DNA from: Methylobacteriaceae bacterium
GTDB lineage: Bacteria; Pseudomonadota; Alphaproteobacteria; Rhizobiales; Beijerinckiaceae
Length of the DNA: 64,000 nucleotides
Direction of reading: 5' to 3'
NCBI GenBank assembly: GCA_034669505.1
Contig: JAXDNJ010000031.1
Span: 6,421-70,420, forward strand
Position 1 is the first letter of the stretch. The number at the start of each line of letters is the position of its first letter. Below, in pieces: positions 18,932-28,762 of the stretch. The position numbers and the translations under genes were made by a program. Under the pieces are notes generated by a model. That model ran no database searches, was not told the origin of the DNA, and saw only the letters and a list, made by a program, of their open reading frames with translations.

Positions 18932-19291
18932 ATGTCCCTCCTCACCGTTCTTGCACTTAGCACGTCTGTCGTAGTCGCTTGGCTGCTATGGCTTGAGCAC
19001 CGCGAAGAGATTGCCGTGCCAGCATGCATCCCCGAGGACGACTTTCTATCGACAGAATGCAAACCTGGACACCGCGATCTTAGCGGGCATCCGGCAGTCG
19101 TGGACGGTGTTGCCAACGGGGCATGCTCTCCGGTTCGTTTTCCGCGCAATGACATCTACTTCATGGCAAGCCGCAGCGACTTGCGACAATTCCGCAGCAC
19201 AACGACAGGAACTTGCAAAGCCGTGGAGCCGTTACGGCATCGCGATGCGCTGGTCGAGCATCGACAGGACTTAATTCATGTCGAACGATAA
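18932..19291 (+). CDS. Hypothetical membrane-anchored protein
   Basis: N-terminal TM segment MSLLTVLALSTSVVVAWLLWL. It starts 2 nt after the previous stop and overlaps the DUF2231 start. Confidence 0.35.
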   Translation: MSLLTVLALSTSVVVAWLLWLEHREEIAVPACIPEDDFLSTECKPGHRDLSGHPAVVDGVANGACSPVRFPRNDIYFMASRSDLRQFRSTTTGTCKAVEPLRHRDALVEHRQDLIHVER

Positions 19292-19745
19292 CCCCCAGTC
19301 GATGGCTAGCGTCCAATCGCCAGCCAGAGTCCACCTGCATCCCATTCATCCGATGCTGGCGCCCTTTCCCATCGTCTGCTTCGTCGGCGCTTTTGTGACC
19401 GACCTCGTCTATTGGCACACGGCCGCCGTCCAATGGGAGACGTTCTCCGTCTGGCTCTTGTCCGTGGGCATGGTCATGGCGGGCTTCGCGGTGCTCGCCG
19501 GCTTCATCGACTTCGTCGGCAACAGGCAAATCCACGCTCTGCGGCCGGCTTGGCTTCACGTGCTCGGCAATGTCATTGCCCTGGTCTTGTCCTTGATCAA
19601 CGCCTTCGTGCACAGCCGCGACGGCTACACCGCCGTCATCCCGACCGGCCTCATCCTGTCAACGCTGGTCGTGCTGATCCTCATGTTCAACGCTTGGACA
19701 GGCTGGTCCATGATCTATCGCCACGATGTCCGCGTTTCCGTCTAA
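19278..19745 (+). CDS. DUF2231 domain membrane protein
   Basis: HPIHPMLAPFPIVCFVGAFVTDLVYW is followed by three further TM helices. It is typically paired with a sorbosone dehydrogenase gene. Confidence 0.85.
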   Translation: MSNDNPQSMASVQSPARVHLHPIHPMLAPFPIVCFVGAFVTDLVYWHTAAVQWETFSVWLLSVGMVMAGFAVLAGFIDFVGNRQIHALRPAWLHVLGNVIALVLSLINAFVHSRDGYTAVIPTGLILSTLVVLILMFNAWTGWSMIYRHDVRVSV

Positions 19746-19760
19746 AAGCGAGCTTTACCG

Positions 19761-21101
19761 ATGAACGATTTGTCGATGCGCGTATCGCGCCTTAGCTTTG
19801 TGTGCGCCACCATTGCGACGTTGGGCCTTGCCGGCTGCAGCGAAGTCGGCGGCGACGTCGGTGGTGATCCGAACCGGCAGATCGGCGCCGATCCATTTCT
19901 CCCGGCGCCGCGGGAATACCTGCTGCCGCCCATGCATATCGCCAAAGCGATCGGCTGGAGTAAAGGCGAGACGCCGAGCGTGCCGCCAGGCATGCAAGTG
20001 CATGCCCTAGCGATCGGACTGGAGCACCCACGCTTTGTCTACGTGCTTCCCAATGGCGACGTGCTGGTCGTCGAGAGCAACGGTCCGAAAGCGCCGATCA
20101 ACCGGCCGAAAGATCTCATCATGGGCTGGGTGCAGAACTATGCCGGCACGCATGCCAAGGGCGGCAACCGCATTACGCTGCTTCGCGATATCGGACCTGA
20201 CGGCGTCGCCAAGACGCGCACCGTGTTTCTCGATCACCTGAACTCGCCCTATGGCGTCGCGCTGGTCGGACATGATTTCTATGTCGCCAATACCGATGCT
20301 CTCATCCGCTACCCTTACGAGGACGGACAGACCAGCATCACCGCGCCGGGGACGAAGCTCACCGATCTTCCCGGCGGACCGATCGACCACCATTGGACGA
20401 AAAGCCTGGTCGCGAGCCCCGACGGCTCGAAACTTTATGTCGGCGTCGGCTCCAACAGCAACATCGCCGAAAACGGCATGGTGGCCGAATACGAACGCGC
20501 CGCCATTTGGGAAGTGGATCGCGCGACCGGCGCCCATCGCATCTTTGCGAGCGGCGTACGGAATCCGACCGGCCTGCAATTCGAGCCGCAGAGCGGCAAG
20601 CTTTGGGCGATCGCCAACGAGCGCGACGAGCTCGGGCCCGACCTCGTTCCGGATTATCTGACGTCCGTGCGCGACGGCGGCTTTTACGGCTGGCCCTATA
20701 GCTATTACGGACAGCACTTGGACCCTCGGGTCATGCCGCAACGGCCGGAGCTCGTCGCCAGTGCCATCGTCCCGGATTACGCGCTAAGCTCGCATGTCGC
20801 GCCGCTCGGCGTCACCTTCTACACCGGCAACAATTTGCCGGCGCCTTATCACGGCGGCGCGTTTGTCGGCGAGCACGGCAGTTGGGATCGAAACCCGCTG
20901 AACGGCTACAAAGTGGTCTTCGTGCCGTTCAGCGACGGCCGGCCGAGCGGCCCGGCTCAGGATGTGGTCACGGGCTTCCTTGACTCTGAAAATCGTGCTC
21001 GCGGCCGGCCGGTTGGTGTCGCCGTCGATGCGGCCGGCGGATTGCTGATCGCCGACGACCTCGGCGACACGGTCTGGCGGGTGACGTCGACGGGCTCTTG
21101 A
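19761..21101 (+). CDS. PQQ-dependent sugar (sorbosone/glucose) dehydrogenase family beta-propeller
   Basis: Lipoprotein-like LGLAGCSE. Family blocks include HWTKSLVASPDGSKLYVGVGSNSN, RNPTGLQFEPQSGKLWAIANERDELG, PDYLTSVRDGGFYGWPY and GGAFVGEHGSW. Confidence 0.88.
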   Translation: MNDLSMRVSRLSFVCATIATLGLAGCSEVGGDVGGDPNRQIGADPFLPAPREYLLPPMHIAKAIGWSKGETPSVPPGMQVHALAIGLEHPRFVYVLPNGDVLVVESNGPKAPINRPKDLIMGWVQNYAGTHAKGGNRITLLRDIGPDGVAKTRTVFLDHLNSPYGVALVGHDFYVANTDALIRYPYEDGQTSITAPGTKLTDLPGGPIDHHWTKSLVASPDGSKLYVGVGSNSNIAENGMVAEYERAAIWEVDRATGAHRIFASGVRNPTGLQFEPQSGKLWAIANERDELGPDLVPDYLTSVRDGGFYGWPYSYYGQHLDPRVMPQRPELVASAIVPDYALSSHVAPLGVTFYTGNNLPAPYHGGAFVGEHGSWDRNPLNGYKVVFVPFSDGRPSGPAQDVVTGFLDSENRARGRPVGVAVDAAGGLLIADDLGDTVWRVTSTGS

Positions 21102-21135
21102 ATTGCCGCAGCGAAGAACCCAGAGCGTCGCTCGC

Positions 21136-22356
21136 TCAGGGCTTCTTCGCAATCATCGCGCAGCCGCCCTCGCTGAGCGGGCGCCAAGCCTGATCGACGG
21201 GAATTTCCTTGACCATCTTGTAAAGGTCCCACTCGGATTTCGACTCGGCCGGGGCCTTCGCCTGGAAAAGATACATCGGGTGCATCTTGCGCCCGTCCTC
21301 GCGGATCGTGCCCTTGCCGAGCACGTCATCCTCGGTCGGCATGGCCTTCATCTGCTCGACGACCTTCTTGCCGTCGCGGCTCTTCGTGACCTCCATCGCC
21401 TTCAAGTAGTGCAGCGCCGCGCTGTAAGACGCCGCATGGTTCGAGGTCGGATAGGTCTTGTGCTGTTTGGCGAAGCGCTCCGACCAGGCCCGCGTCTTAT
21501 CATTCAGGTCCCAATAGAACGACTCGGTGAAGAGCAGGTTTTGCGCGACCGGCAGGCCGAGCGAGTGGATGTCGGTCAGGAACACGAGCAGCCCGGCAAG
21601 TTTCTGTTTCGGCGTGATGCCGAATTCGGCGGCCTGCTTGATCGCGTTGACCGTGTCGCCGCCGGCATTGGCGAGGCCGATGACCTTCGCGCCGGAGCTC
21701 TGCGCCTGCACCAGAAAGGACGAGAAATCCGGCGTGTTGAGCGGCGCGCGCACGGCGCCGATCACCTTGCCGTTCTGCTGTTTCACGACAGCCGACGTCT
21801 GCGCCTCGAGATCATGCCCGAAGGCGTAGTCGGCGGTGATGAAGAACCAGGTGTCGCCGCCGGTTGCCACGACAGCCCGGCCGGTCCCGTTCGCGAGCGC
21901 GAAATTATCGAAATTCCAGTGGACGAGGTTCGGGCTACAAGCATCGCCAGTCAGTCGCGTCGAGCCGGCGGAGGCGTTGAGGTTGACCTTGTTGTATTGC
22001 TTCGTGATCTCCGCGACCGCGAGCGCGACGGCCGAATTCGGCACGTCGATGATCGCATCGACGTTGTCGACTTGGTACCACTGCCGGGCGATGTTGGAGC
22101 CGATATCGGGCTTGTTCTGATGGTCGGCCGAGATGACGGTCACCTTGAGCGCGCTCTTCGCGTTGGCTTTCGTATAATCCTCGACTGCCATGCGCACGCC
22201 GAGGACCGACCCCGGCCCGGTCGTATCCTGATAGAGCGAGGACATGTCGTTGAGGACGCCGATTTTGACCTCGAACGGCTGCGCGCTCAACGGCGCTGCC
22301 CATAGAGCGAGCGCGGCAACTAGCACGCTGGCGAAACGATATGCGGACTTGCGCAT
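21136..22356 (-). CDS. ABC transporter substrate-binding protein, Leu/Ile/Val-binding family
   Basis: Start at MRKSAYRFASVLVAALALWAAPLSAQ (ATG 22356). SADHQNKPDIGSNIARQWYQVDNVDAIID block. Confidence 0.9.
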   Translation of the reverse strand: MRKSAYRFASVLVAALALWAAPLSAQPFEVKIGVLNDMSSLYQDTTGPGSVLGVRMAVEDYTKANAKSALKVTVISADHQNKPDIGSNIARQWYQVDNVDAIIDVPNSAVALAVAEITKQYNKVNLNASAGSTRLTGDACSPNLVHWNFDNFALANGTGRAVVATGGDTWFFITADYAFGHDLEAQTSAVVKQQNGKVIGAVRAPLNTPDFSSFLVQAQSSGAKVIGLANAGGDTVNAIKQAAEFGITPKQKLAGLLVFLTDIHSLGLPVAQNLLFTESFYWDLNDKTRAWSERFAKQHKTYPTSNHAASYSAALHYLKAMEVTKSRDGKKVVEQMKAMPTEDDVLGKGTIREDGRKMHPMYLFQAKAPAESKSEWDLYKMVKEIPVDQAWRPLSEGGCAMIAKKP

Positions 22357-22519
22357 GCGACCCTCCCCTTTTTCGTGTTTGCCGGAGCCTACCCGCTTCT
22401 TCGCCGCTGACAAGATCACAAGCGTTTCACTCGACCATTCCGGAAGATCGGCGCTGGGACACAGCGGCATCGATGCGATACGCTCCGCATAACAGACCCC
22501 ATCGAAACCGGAGACGACG

Positions 22520-23119
22520 ATAAACGAATTCAGGCGAGCTCCGTCGCGTCGACGAATCCTGGCGGGCGGGGCATTTGGCGTCACCGGTCTCCTGCTCAAT
22601 GACGGGGTCGGAGTTGCCGAACAAAGCCTCGCGCCGACGCCTGCCTGTCATGATCGCGATGAGCCGACGCTACCCGAGACTGAGGGACCGTTCTTCAAGC
22701 CCCGATCGCCGCAGCGGGGCGATCTGCGAGAGCGCGGCATCGAGGGGCAGCCGGTCGATCTTTCGGGCTACGTGCTCACACGCTCTTGCCGCCCTGTAAC
22801 CGGCGCACTGGTCGACCTCTGGCATGCGGATAGTAAAGGCGATTACGACAACACCGGTTTCCGCTTGCGCGGCCACGTTTTCACCGACGATCAAGGCAGA
22901 TTTAATTTCCATACTATCATGCCGGGCCTCTATCCCGGCCGCACACGGCATTATCACGTGAGGATCCAAGCGCCGGGGGAAAGCTCAGTGCTGACCACCC
23001 AGTTCTATTTTCCCGAGGAGAAGCGAAATCGAACCGACGGCTTATTTCGCCGCGAGCTCGTCATGCAGGTCGCCAAGACCGATGATACGCTTCTGGCGCG
23101 GTTCGATGTGGTTCTTTAG
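22520..23119 (+). CDS. Intradiol ring-cleavage dioxygenase-like protein with Tat signal; start codon unresolved
   Basis: TEGPFFKP, LVDLWHADSKGDYD and GLYPGRTRHYHVRI. The frame opens after TAA at about 22490 and encodes (I)NEFRRAPSRRRILAGGAFGVTGLLL. No ATG, GTG or TTG precedes the RRR motif. ATA at 22520 sits where Met is expected. Confidence 0.7.
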   Translation: MNEFRRAPSRRRILAGGAFGVTGLLLNDGVGVAEQSLAPTPACHDRDEPTLPETEGPFFKPRSPQRGDLRERGIEGQPVDLSGYVLTRSCRPVTGALVDLWHADSKGDYDNTGFRLRGHVFTDDQGRFNFHTIMPGLYPGRTRHYHVRIQAPGESSVLTTQFYFPEEKRNRTDGLFRRELVMQVAKTDDTLLARFDVVL

Positions 23120-23409
23120 CTTTTAGCCCCGACAGCTTTCGCGAGCACTTCGGTGCTTCTCCGGTGCAGGCGAGAAGGTCTCATCCTGTTGTATCGCCAA
23201 AACGTAGTGCTCCTCGTTCATAACAATGGGGGATTTCACACAATCCCACTGTCCAATGCGCTCGGCGCCAAGTCCGCAGCCGCTCATTCTCTTGACCCCC
23301 CATGCGACCGGCGCAGCTCTGCTCCTTAGCCGACGCATCCGGGCCGGGAATAAACCTGCCAGACGTCCGGTCTACTCGTTGAAGTACGCTTGTGCAGAGG
23401 AGGCTCGCA

Positions 23410-23838
23410 ATGACGCAATCTGGGAAAAACAAAGTCGCTCAGGAGAATGGCGCTAGCGTCGTGCATCGATTCATCGCCATAGCGGTCGCCGGGTTGATGA
23501 TGGCTTGTGCAACTCCGGGCGGGGTTCGCGCTCTGGAGGCGCGCACGGCCCTGCCTAATGCCGAAGCGGGAGCAGTTAAGATCGACAACTTCACATTCTC
23601 CCCGGCGACCCTAACCGTCGTTCCCGGCACTACGGTGACGTGGACCAACGACGACGACATCCCACACACGGTCGTGGCAAAGGATAAGGGGTTTCGGTCA
23701 AAGCCTCTCGATACCGGCAACCAATTCACCTTCACGTTCGCAACACCGGGTGAATACGCTTATTTCTGCTCCCTGCATCCGCACATGGTCGGAAAAATCA
23801 TTGTGAAGGCCGCCGATGCTGGAGGAGCAACGTATTAA
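23410..23838 (+). CDS. Cupredoxin (plastocyanin/amicyanin-like blue copper protein)
   Basis: AGAGGAGG lies upstream of ATG 23410. It has a signal peptide. The type-1 Cu ligands are in DDDIPHTV and YFCSLHPHMVGKIIV. Confidence 0.88.
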   Translation: MTQSGKNKVAQENGASVVHRFIAIAVAGLMMACATPGGVRALEARTALPNAEAGAVKIDNFTFSPATLTVVPGTTVTWTNDDDIPHTVVAKDKGFRSKPLDTGNQFTFTFATPGEYAYFCSLHPHMVGKIIVKAADAGGATY

Positions 23839-24327
23839 TGTAACGATGTGAGCGCGCTGATCAGTCTCCAGCTCCAATGCTCATTTGGTGCGACTCACTT
23901 CACCAACCACGCCTTCGGGATTTTCCGTCTCGCGACAATCGAAGCTGTGCGCCACGTGATCATGTGGCCGTGGAACAGCATAGCCGGTCAGCTGATACTG
24001 CTTGCAGCGTTGACCTCGCATGCAGGTCTCGGCGGCGGTCGAAACTCTGGCGAGAGACGGAGGGACATACACCGGCGCAGATTGCGTCTCATTCCGCGCC
24101 GGAAGGCAATTCCAATCCGCAGCTCGGGTAGACGGCTTCGAGCCTCGCGGAGTCTAATCCAAGCCTGCACTCCTGGCGTCAGTTGTCACTCCATCTGGCG
24201 ACTGCGCCAGGAGCAGGTTACAAGCTGCCGCGATACCACCGCGCCTGGATGGCCCGCTCTTTGCTAGAGTCCGGGAGCGTTATTAGGCACGATTTCATCT
24301 GGACCGCTAAAGAGACGGAGCGCGCTG

Positions 24328-25752
24328 ATGGCAGCTATAAGCATCGCGATGTTGCGCGGACCCGCAATCGCTCTGGCCTGCGCGACCGCGGCCCCGACGC
24401 CGCTCGCCGCTGAGCCCGTCGGACTAAAGGGCTATAACGCCGACATAACCGAAAGCTCCATTTCCGGGATATCGTCCGGCGCGTTCATGGCGGTTCAATT
24501 CGCCACCGCATGGTCTTCGACGATCAAGGGCGTCGGTGTGATCGCCGGCGGCCCATTCTGGTGCGCGAAGGCCGACGCCGGCAGTTTCTTCAATCCCTTC
24601 AAGCCAAAACCGATCATGACCGCGGTCGGCCCGTGCATGAAGGGTCCGCTGGAAGACCCCACTTCTTTCATCGAGAAGGCCGACGCGAAAGCGTCGGCCG
24701 GCGAGATCGATGCGACGCAGAATATCGGCCGACAAAAAATATATCTTTTTCACGGCTACAACGACGCGGTCGTGGCCAAATCAGTGAGCGATACCGCCGC
24801 CGACTTCTACCGCCATTATCTCGGCGAGGCCAACCGCGGCAATCTGTACTATCAGTCTGCGATAGGAGCGGGACATTCCCTCGTCGTTTCGCAGACCGAG
24901 GGCTCCGGCCTCAACGAATGCCAAGCCAATCAGACTCCGTTTATCGACCGGTGCGGCTATGACCAGGCTGGAATCGTTCTGCAACACATTTACGGTGCAT
25001 TGACGCCGCCCAACAGAGGGCCGCTCACCGGCGCAATGGAGCACTTCGATCAAGCGGTCTACACCAGGCCGGACGGCACCGCTTCCTTGAGTCTTGCCGA
25101 TAACGGCTATGTCTTCGTTCCCCGGGACTGCAAGGCCGGCGAGGCGTGTCGCGTTCATATCGCCCTTCACGGTTGTCAGCAGGATGTCGGCGAGATCGAT
25201 CGGCGGTTCATCGATCAGACCGGCTACAATTCGTGGGCCGATACGAATCGCATCATCATCCTTTATCCGCAAACGCAAGTGAGTTTTTTCAATCAGAATG
25301 CGTGCTGGGACTGGTTCGGTTACATCGGCTACGACGACAGCTATGTCACCAAGTCCGGAGGCCAGATCAGGGCGATCAAGGCCATGCTGGATGCCCTCAC
25401 TGCGAACGCTCGGCCGGTTAGACCGATCATCGCGGCGGCGGGCGCCGCGGCGCCGAATTCATTGGCTGTCGCCGACGTTTCGGACACTGCCGCAGATCTC
25501 GTGTGGACACAGATCATCGGCGCGACGACTTACCGTGTCTCGCGCGCCGCCGGAGACGGTGTGTTCGCAGCACGAGGAGATGTCGCAGGACTGAGTTTTG
25601 GCGACTCTGATTTAAAGCCGCAATCGGCCTATCGTTGGCGCGTCTCAGCCGTTGTTAACGGGGTCGAGCAAAGCGCCGGAGAGGCCGCCGCGACCACCCT
25701 GCCGGCGCCTCAGCCTTGCAATACCCCAGGCACTTGCCCGATCGGCAAATGA
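24328..25752 (+). CDS. Extracellular PHB/PHA depolymerase-family esterase with C-terminal fibronectin-III-like module
   Basis: Signal peptide and lipase box GISSGAFMA. The pattern WADTNRIIILYPQT...NACWDWFGY is typical of PHB depolymerase esterases. The C-terminal module is LAVADVSDTAADLVWTQIIGATTYRVSR. Confidence 0.82.
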   Translation: MAAISIAMLRGPAIALACATAAPTPLAAEPVGLKGYNADITESSISGISSGAFMAVQFATAWSSTIKGVGVIAGGPFWCAKADAGSFFNPFKPKPIMTAVGPCMKGPLEDPTSFIEKADAKASAGEIDATQNIGRQKIYLFHGYNDAVVAKSVSDTAADFYRHYLGEANRGNLYYQSAIGAGHSLVVSQTEGSGLNECQANQTPFIDRCGYDQAGIVLQHIYGALTPPNRGPLTGAMEHFDQAVYTRPDGTASLSLADNGYVFVPRDCKAGEACRVHIALHGCQQDVGEIDRRFIDQTGYNSWADTNRIIILYPQTQVSFFNQNACWDWFGYIGYDDSYVTKSGGQIRAIKAMLDALTANARPVRPIIAAAGAAAPNSLAVADVSDTAADLVWTQIIGATTYRVSRAAGDGVFAARGDVAGLSFGDSDLKPQSAYRWRVSAVVNGVEQSAGEAAATTLPAPQPCNTPGTCPIGK

Positions 25753-25821
25753 GGTCAAAGCTCGTCCTCGTCGCCCGGCCTTGATTGGGCCAAGCAAACC
25801 TGACCGAGGACTGCTGAAGCA

Positions 25822-26604
25822 ATGTTGCGGCTGTCGGCAAATCTCGGCTTTCTGTGGCCGGACCGCCCACTGCTCGACCGCATAGACGCTGCGGCCAAAG
25901 CCGGCTTCAAGGCGATCGAACTGCATTGGCCATACGATCTGCCAGCCAAAGAGGTTCGAATACGATGTGAGCTGCACGGCCTCACGCTGCTCGGCGTCAA
26001 TACCGTGCGTGGTAATGTCTCGGCGGGGGAGATGGGACTAGGCGCGCTGCCAGGACGGGAGCGGGATTTCCAAGCGGCGGTCGATCAGTCGATCCGCTTC
26101 TGCATCGAGGCCGGCGGCAATGCCGTTCATTGCATGGCCGGAAAGGTCGATGCAAAGGACCGCGGACGTGCGCGCGCGGTGTTCGTACAAAACCTTCGGG
26201 AAGCTTCCGTGAAAGCGGCCGCCGCCGGCATCACTTTGCTTTTGGAACCGCTCAATCCGAACGATGCGCCGGGTTACTTCTACTCGACCGTGGCGGAGGG
26301 CTGCTCGATCATCGAGGAAGCGGGCTGCTCAAACATCAAGCTGATGTTTGACTGCTATCACGTCGGCCTGACCGAGGGCGATGTTTTGGAGAAACTCGCG
26401 CGGTTCTACCCCGTCATCGGGCATGTACAGATTGCGGCTGTTCCAAGCCGCGCCGAGCCGGACGAGGGTGAACTCGATTACAAAATGGTTTTCGAAACGC
26501 TCGCAAATCTCGGTTACGATGGATGGATCGGCTGCGAATACAAGCCGCGCGGCGAAACCGACGCGGGCCTCGGCTGGATGCGAACACTTGGCATTGCGTT
26601 GTAA
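25822..26604 (+). CDS. hyi: Hydroxypyruvate isomerase family TIM-barrel protein
   Basis: N-terminus MLRLSANLGFLWPDRPLLDRIDAAAKAGFKAIELHWPYD, then LLLEPLN, FDCYH and GHVQIA. Confidence 0.85.
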   Translation: MLRLSANLGFLWPDRPLLDRIDAAAKAGFKAIELHWPYDLPAKEVRIRCELHGLTLLGVNTVRGNVSAGEMGLGALPGRERDFQAAVDQSIRFCIEAGGNAVHCMAGKVDAKDRGRARAVFVQNLREASVKAAAAGITLLLEPLNPNDAPGYFYSTVAEGCSIIEEAGCSNIKLMFDCYHVGLTEGDVLEKLARFYPVIGHVQIAAVPSRAEPDEGELDYKMVFETLANLGYDGWIGCEYKPRGETDAGLGWMRTLGIAL

Positions 26605-26636
26605 CGGATAGTTCGCTCGCGCCCGTCATGAACGCG

Positions 26637-27070
26637 TCACACGCGCGTACGGCGCCGATCCAGGCTGAAAGCCCCGGGACCGCAGACATAGAGTGCGAGA
26701 AAGCCACCGAAGATGGGGCCATGTTCTTCCAGAAGTGGATGAGCTGGTTCGCACGCTGCGCTGAATCCACCTCCCAATAGCGGTGCCCGATCAGCGCCGC
26801 GGTCAAGGTGAAGAGCGCCAGCATCAAGGCTGCGTAGCGGGCTTGGAAGCCAATCAGCAAGGCAAGTGCACTGAGAGCCTCGACCGCTCCTGCCAGTGTC
26901 GCAAGAGCATAAGCGCCGGCCGGCACTCCGTGACTGGACAAATAGCCGGCAAAGCCCTGCGGGTTCGTGAGCTTTCCGTAAGAACTATAAAGAAAGATAG
27001 CGGCGAGCGCGATGCGCGCCAGGAGCAATAGAGTGGATTGTGCGGGAACTTCGTCGCGATGCTCCATCAT
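26637..27070 (-). pseudogene. DoxX family membrane protein, apparent 1-nt frameshift
   Basis: The N-terminal 120 aa are typical DoxX (LLLLARIALAAIFLYSSYGKL...HFWKNMA). After about 26715 the annotated frame runs on for about 100 aa into hyi. An alternative frame instead gives the canonical ending IFGGFLALYVCGPGAFSLDRRRTRV-stop (stop at 26637-26639). The span 26637-27070 is 434 nt, one short of a multiple of three. Confidence 0.7.
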
Positions 27071-27291
27071 CTATGCTCCTTTCCGGCCGAATTGCCTCTT
27101 CTATACAAACGGCTTGGCTGGTCCAGCCGGCTTTGACGGCCGTTACATGGCCTAAGACCGAATTCCACGGCAACGGATGAACGAAAAGCGCCGTTCGTCA
27201 TTGACTGAGGCACAGTGATTGGGCGCGAACGGCCGCTCCCAGCGGGAGCCCGTCCCGTTTCCGGCGAGTCTTACGTCAGGAGGAAGCTAAA

Positions 27292-27549
27292 GTGGCGAAC
27301 GCAAGCAAACATATGGGCCCCGGCGCTCAGGGCAAACGTTCAGGGGCAGGCGCACTCACAGAGCTGCCTGAAGGCATGCTCGAAGAGAACATGGTCCTGA
27401 GCAACCGTGACAAGTCGCGCCATACCGATCAGCGCGGGCTCGATAGCGCGACCGTGCAAACCGAGCAATATCACGATCACGCGCGAAATCACCGCAACTT
27501 CGACGCGGCTGAGAAAGCGGCTCGGAAAAGTTCCGGCACGAGCGAATAG
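27292..27549 (+). CDS. Small hydrophilic hypothetical protein (85 aa)
   Basis: GTG start with AGGAGG 8 nt upstream. No motif recognised. Confidence 0.4.
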   Translation: MANASKHMGPGAQGKRSGAGALTELPEGMLEENMVLSNRDKSRHTDQRGLDSATVQTEQYHDHARNHRNFDAAEKAARKSSGTSE

Positions 27550-27626
27550 GCCTGCATTCCGGAAGGGCGCAGCCCGCTTGTGCGCCCGCTTCCCGGCTGA
27601 CATAAGGCGCTCCGTCCACTGGAGCC

Positions 27627-28676
27627 GTGATGTCAGCCCCCTTCCCCGCCCTGCCCCAGCGCGTCTTCTCCGGCGTGCAGCCGACCGGCAATTTGCATCT
27701 TGGCAATTATCTCGGCGCGATCACACGGTTCGTCGAACTGCAGAAGACGCACGAATGCATCTATTGCGTCGTTGACCTGCACGCGATCACCGTGCCGCAG
27801 GACCCGGACGAACTGACGGCCAGCATCCGCGAGGTGACCGCTGCGTTCATCGCTGCCGGCATCGATCCGGCAAAACATATCGTCTTCAACCAAAGCCAGG
27901 TGTCGGAGCACGCCGAGCTCGCCTGGGTGTTCAACTGCGTCGCGCGTTTGGGCTGGTTCAATCGCATGACACAGTTCAAGGAAAAGGCCGGGAAGGATCG
28001 GGAGAACGCGTCCGTCGGACTTTACGCCTATCCCGCTCTGATGGCCGCCGACATCCTTGTATATCGCGCAACGCATGTCCCGGTCGGCGAGGACCAGAAG
28101 CAGCATCTCGAGCTTTCGCGCGACATCGCGCAGAAATTCAACAACGATTTCGCCGCATCCATTGCCAAGCAGGGTTACGGCAGCGCGTTTTTTCCGCTGC
28201 CCGAGCCGCTGATTCAGGGGCCGGCGACGCGCGTCATGAGCCTGCGCGACGGGTCGAAGAAAATGTCGAAATCCGACGCGTCGGATTATTCACGCATCAA
28301 TCTCACCGACGATTCCGATCAGATCGCGCAGAAGATCCGCAAGGCGAAGACCGATCCTGAGCCGTTGCCTTCCGAACGAGACGGCCTCTCCGGCCGGCCG
28401 GAGGCGGACAATCTCGTCGGCATCTACGCCGCTCTGTCCGATAAGCCGCCGGAGCAGGTTCTGCAGGAATTCGGTGGCGGCCAATTCTCGACATTCAAAT
28501 CCGCGCTGGTCGATCTCGCCGTCGCCAAGCTCGGACCAATCGGGGCTGAGATGACGCGGCTGAAGGCGGACCAGGCTTATATCGACGATGTTTTGAAGCG
28601 CGGCGCCGAGCGCGCCCGCGTTTTGGCCAAGCCCAACATGGACGCCGTGAAGGATATCGTCGGCTTCCTTCGGTGA
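27627..28676 (+). CDS. trpS: Tryptophan--tRNA ligase
   Basis: Class I signatures: [19 protein letters not shown] (HIGH-type) and KMSKS. Confidence 0.97.
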   Translation: MMSAPFPALPQRVFSGVQPTGNLHLGNYLGAITRFVELQKTHECIYCVVDLHAITVPQDPDELTASIREVTAAFIAAGIDPAKHIVFNQSQVSEHAELAWVFNCVARLGWFNRMTQFKEKAGKDRENASVGLYAYPALMAADILVYRATHVPVGEDQKQHLELSRDIAQKFNNDFAASIAKQGYGSAFFPLPEPLIQGPATRVMSLRDGSKKMSKSDASDYSRINLTDDSDQIAQKIRKAKTDPEPLPSERDGLSGRPEADNLVGIYAALSDKPPEQVLQEFGGGQFSTFKSALVDLAVAKLGPIGAEMTRLKADQAYIDDVLKRGAERARVLAKPNMDAVKDIVGFLR

Positions 28677-28762
28677 CGCCGAAAGCCAACCCGGTCCGGC
28701 TTGCATTCGCCACCAACAGTCCTCACATCGAGTGTCAGCCTTTTCCAGGCCGCGGAGGCCCC

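Noticed and set aside
21103-22305. 400-aa plus-strand ORF
   Set aside because: It is antisense to the well-supported solute-binding protein gene 21136-22356. The composition is Arg/Leu/Asp-rich with no motifs.
23848-24267. 139-aa plus-strand ORF and 63-aa minus-strand ORF in the 490-nt gap between the cupredoxin and PHB depolymerase genes
   Set aside because: Neither has an RBS, motif or coding-like composition that I can defend. The minus-strand ORF has a few Cys and His residues but nothing diagnostic. I left the gap unannotated.
27071-27291. Possible EcfG-type general-stress promoter (GGAAC-N16-17-CGTT) upstream of the small hydrophilic ORF at 27292
   Set aside because: GAAC and CGTT elements occur, but at spacings of 9 and 25 nt, not 16-17.
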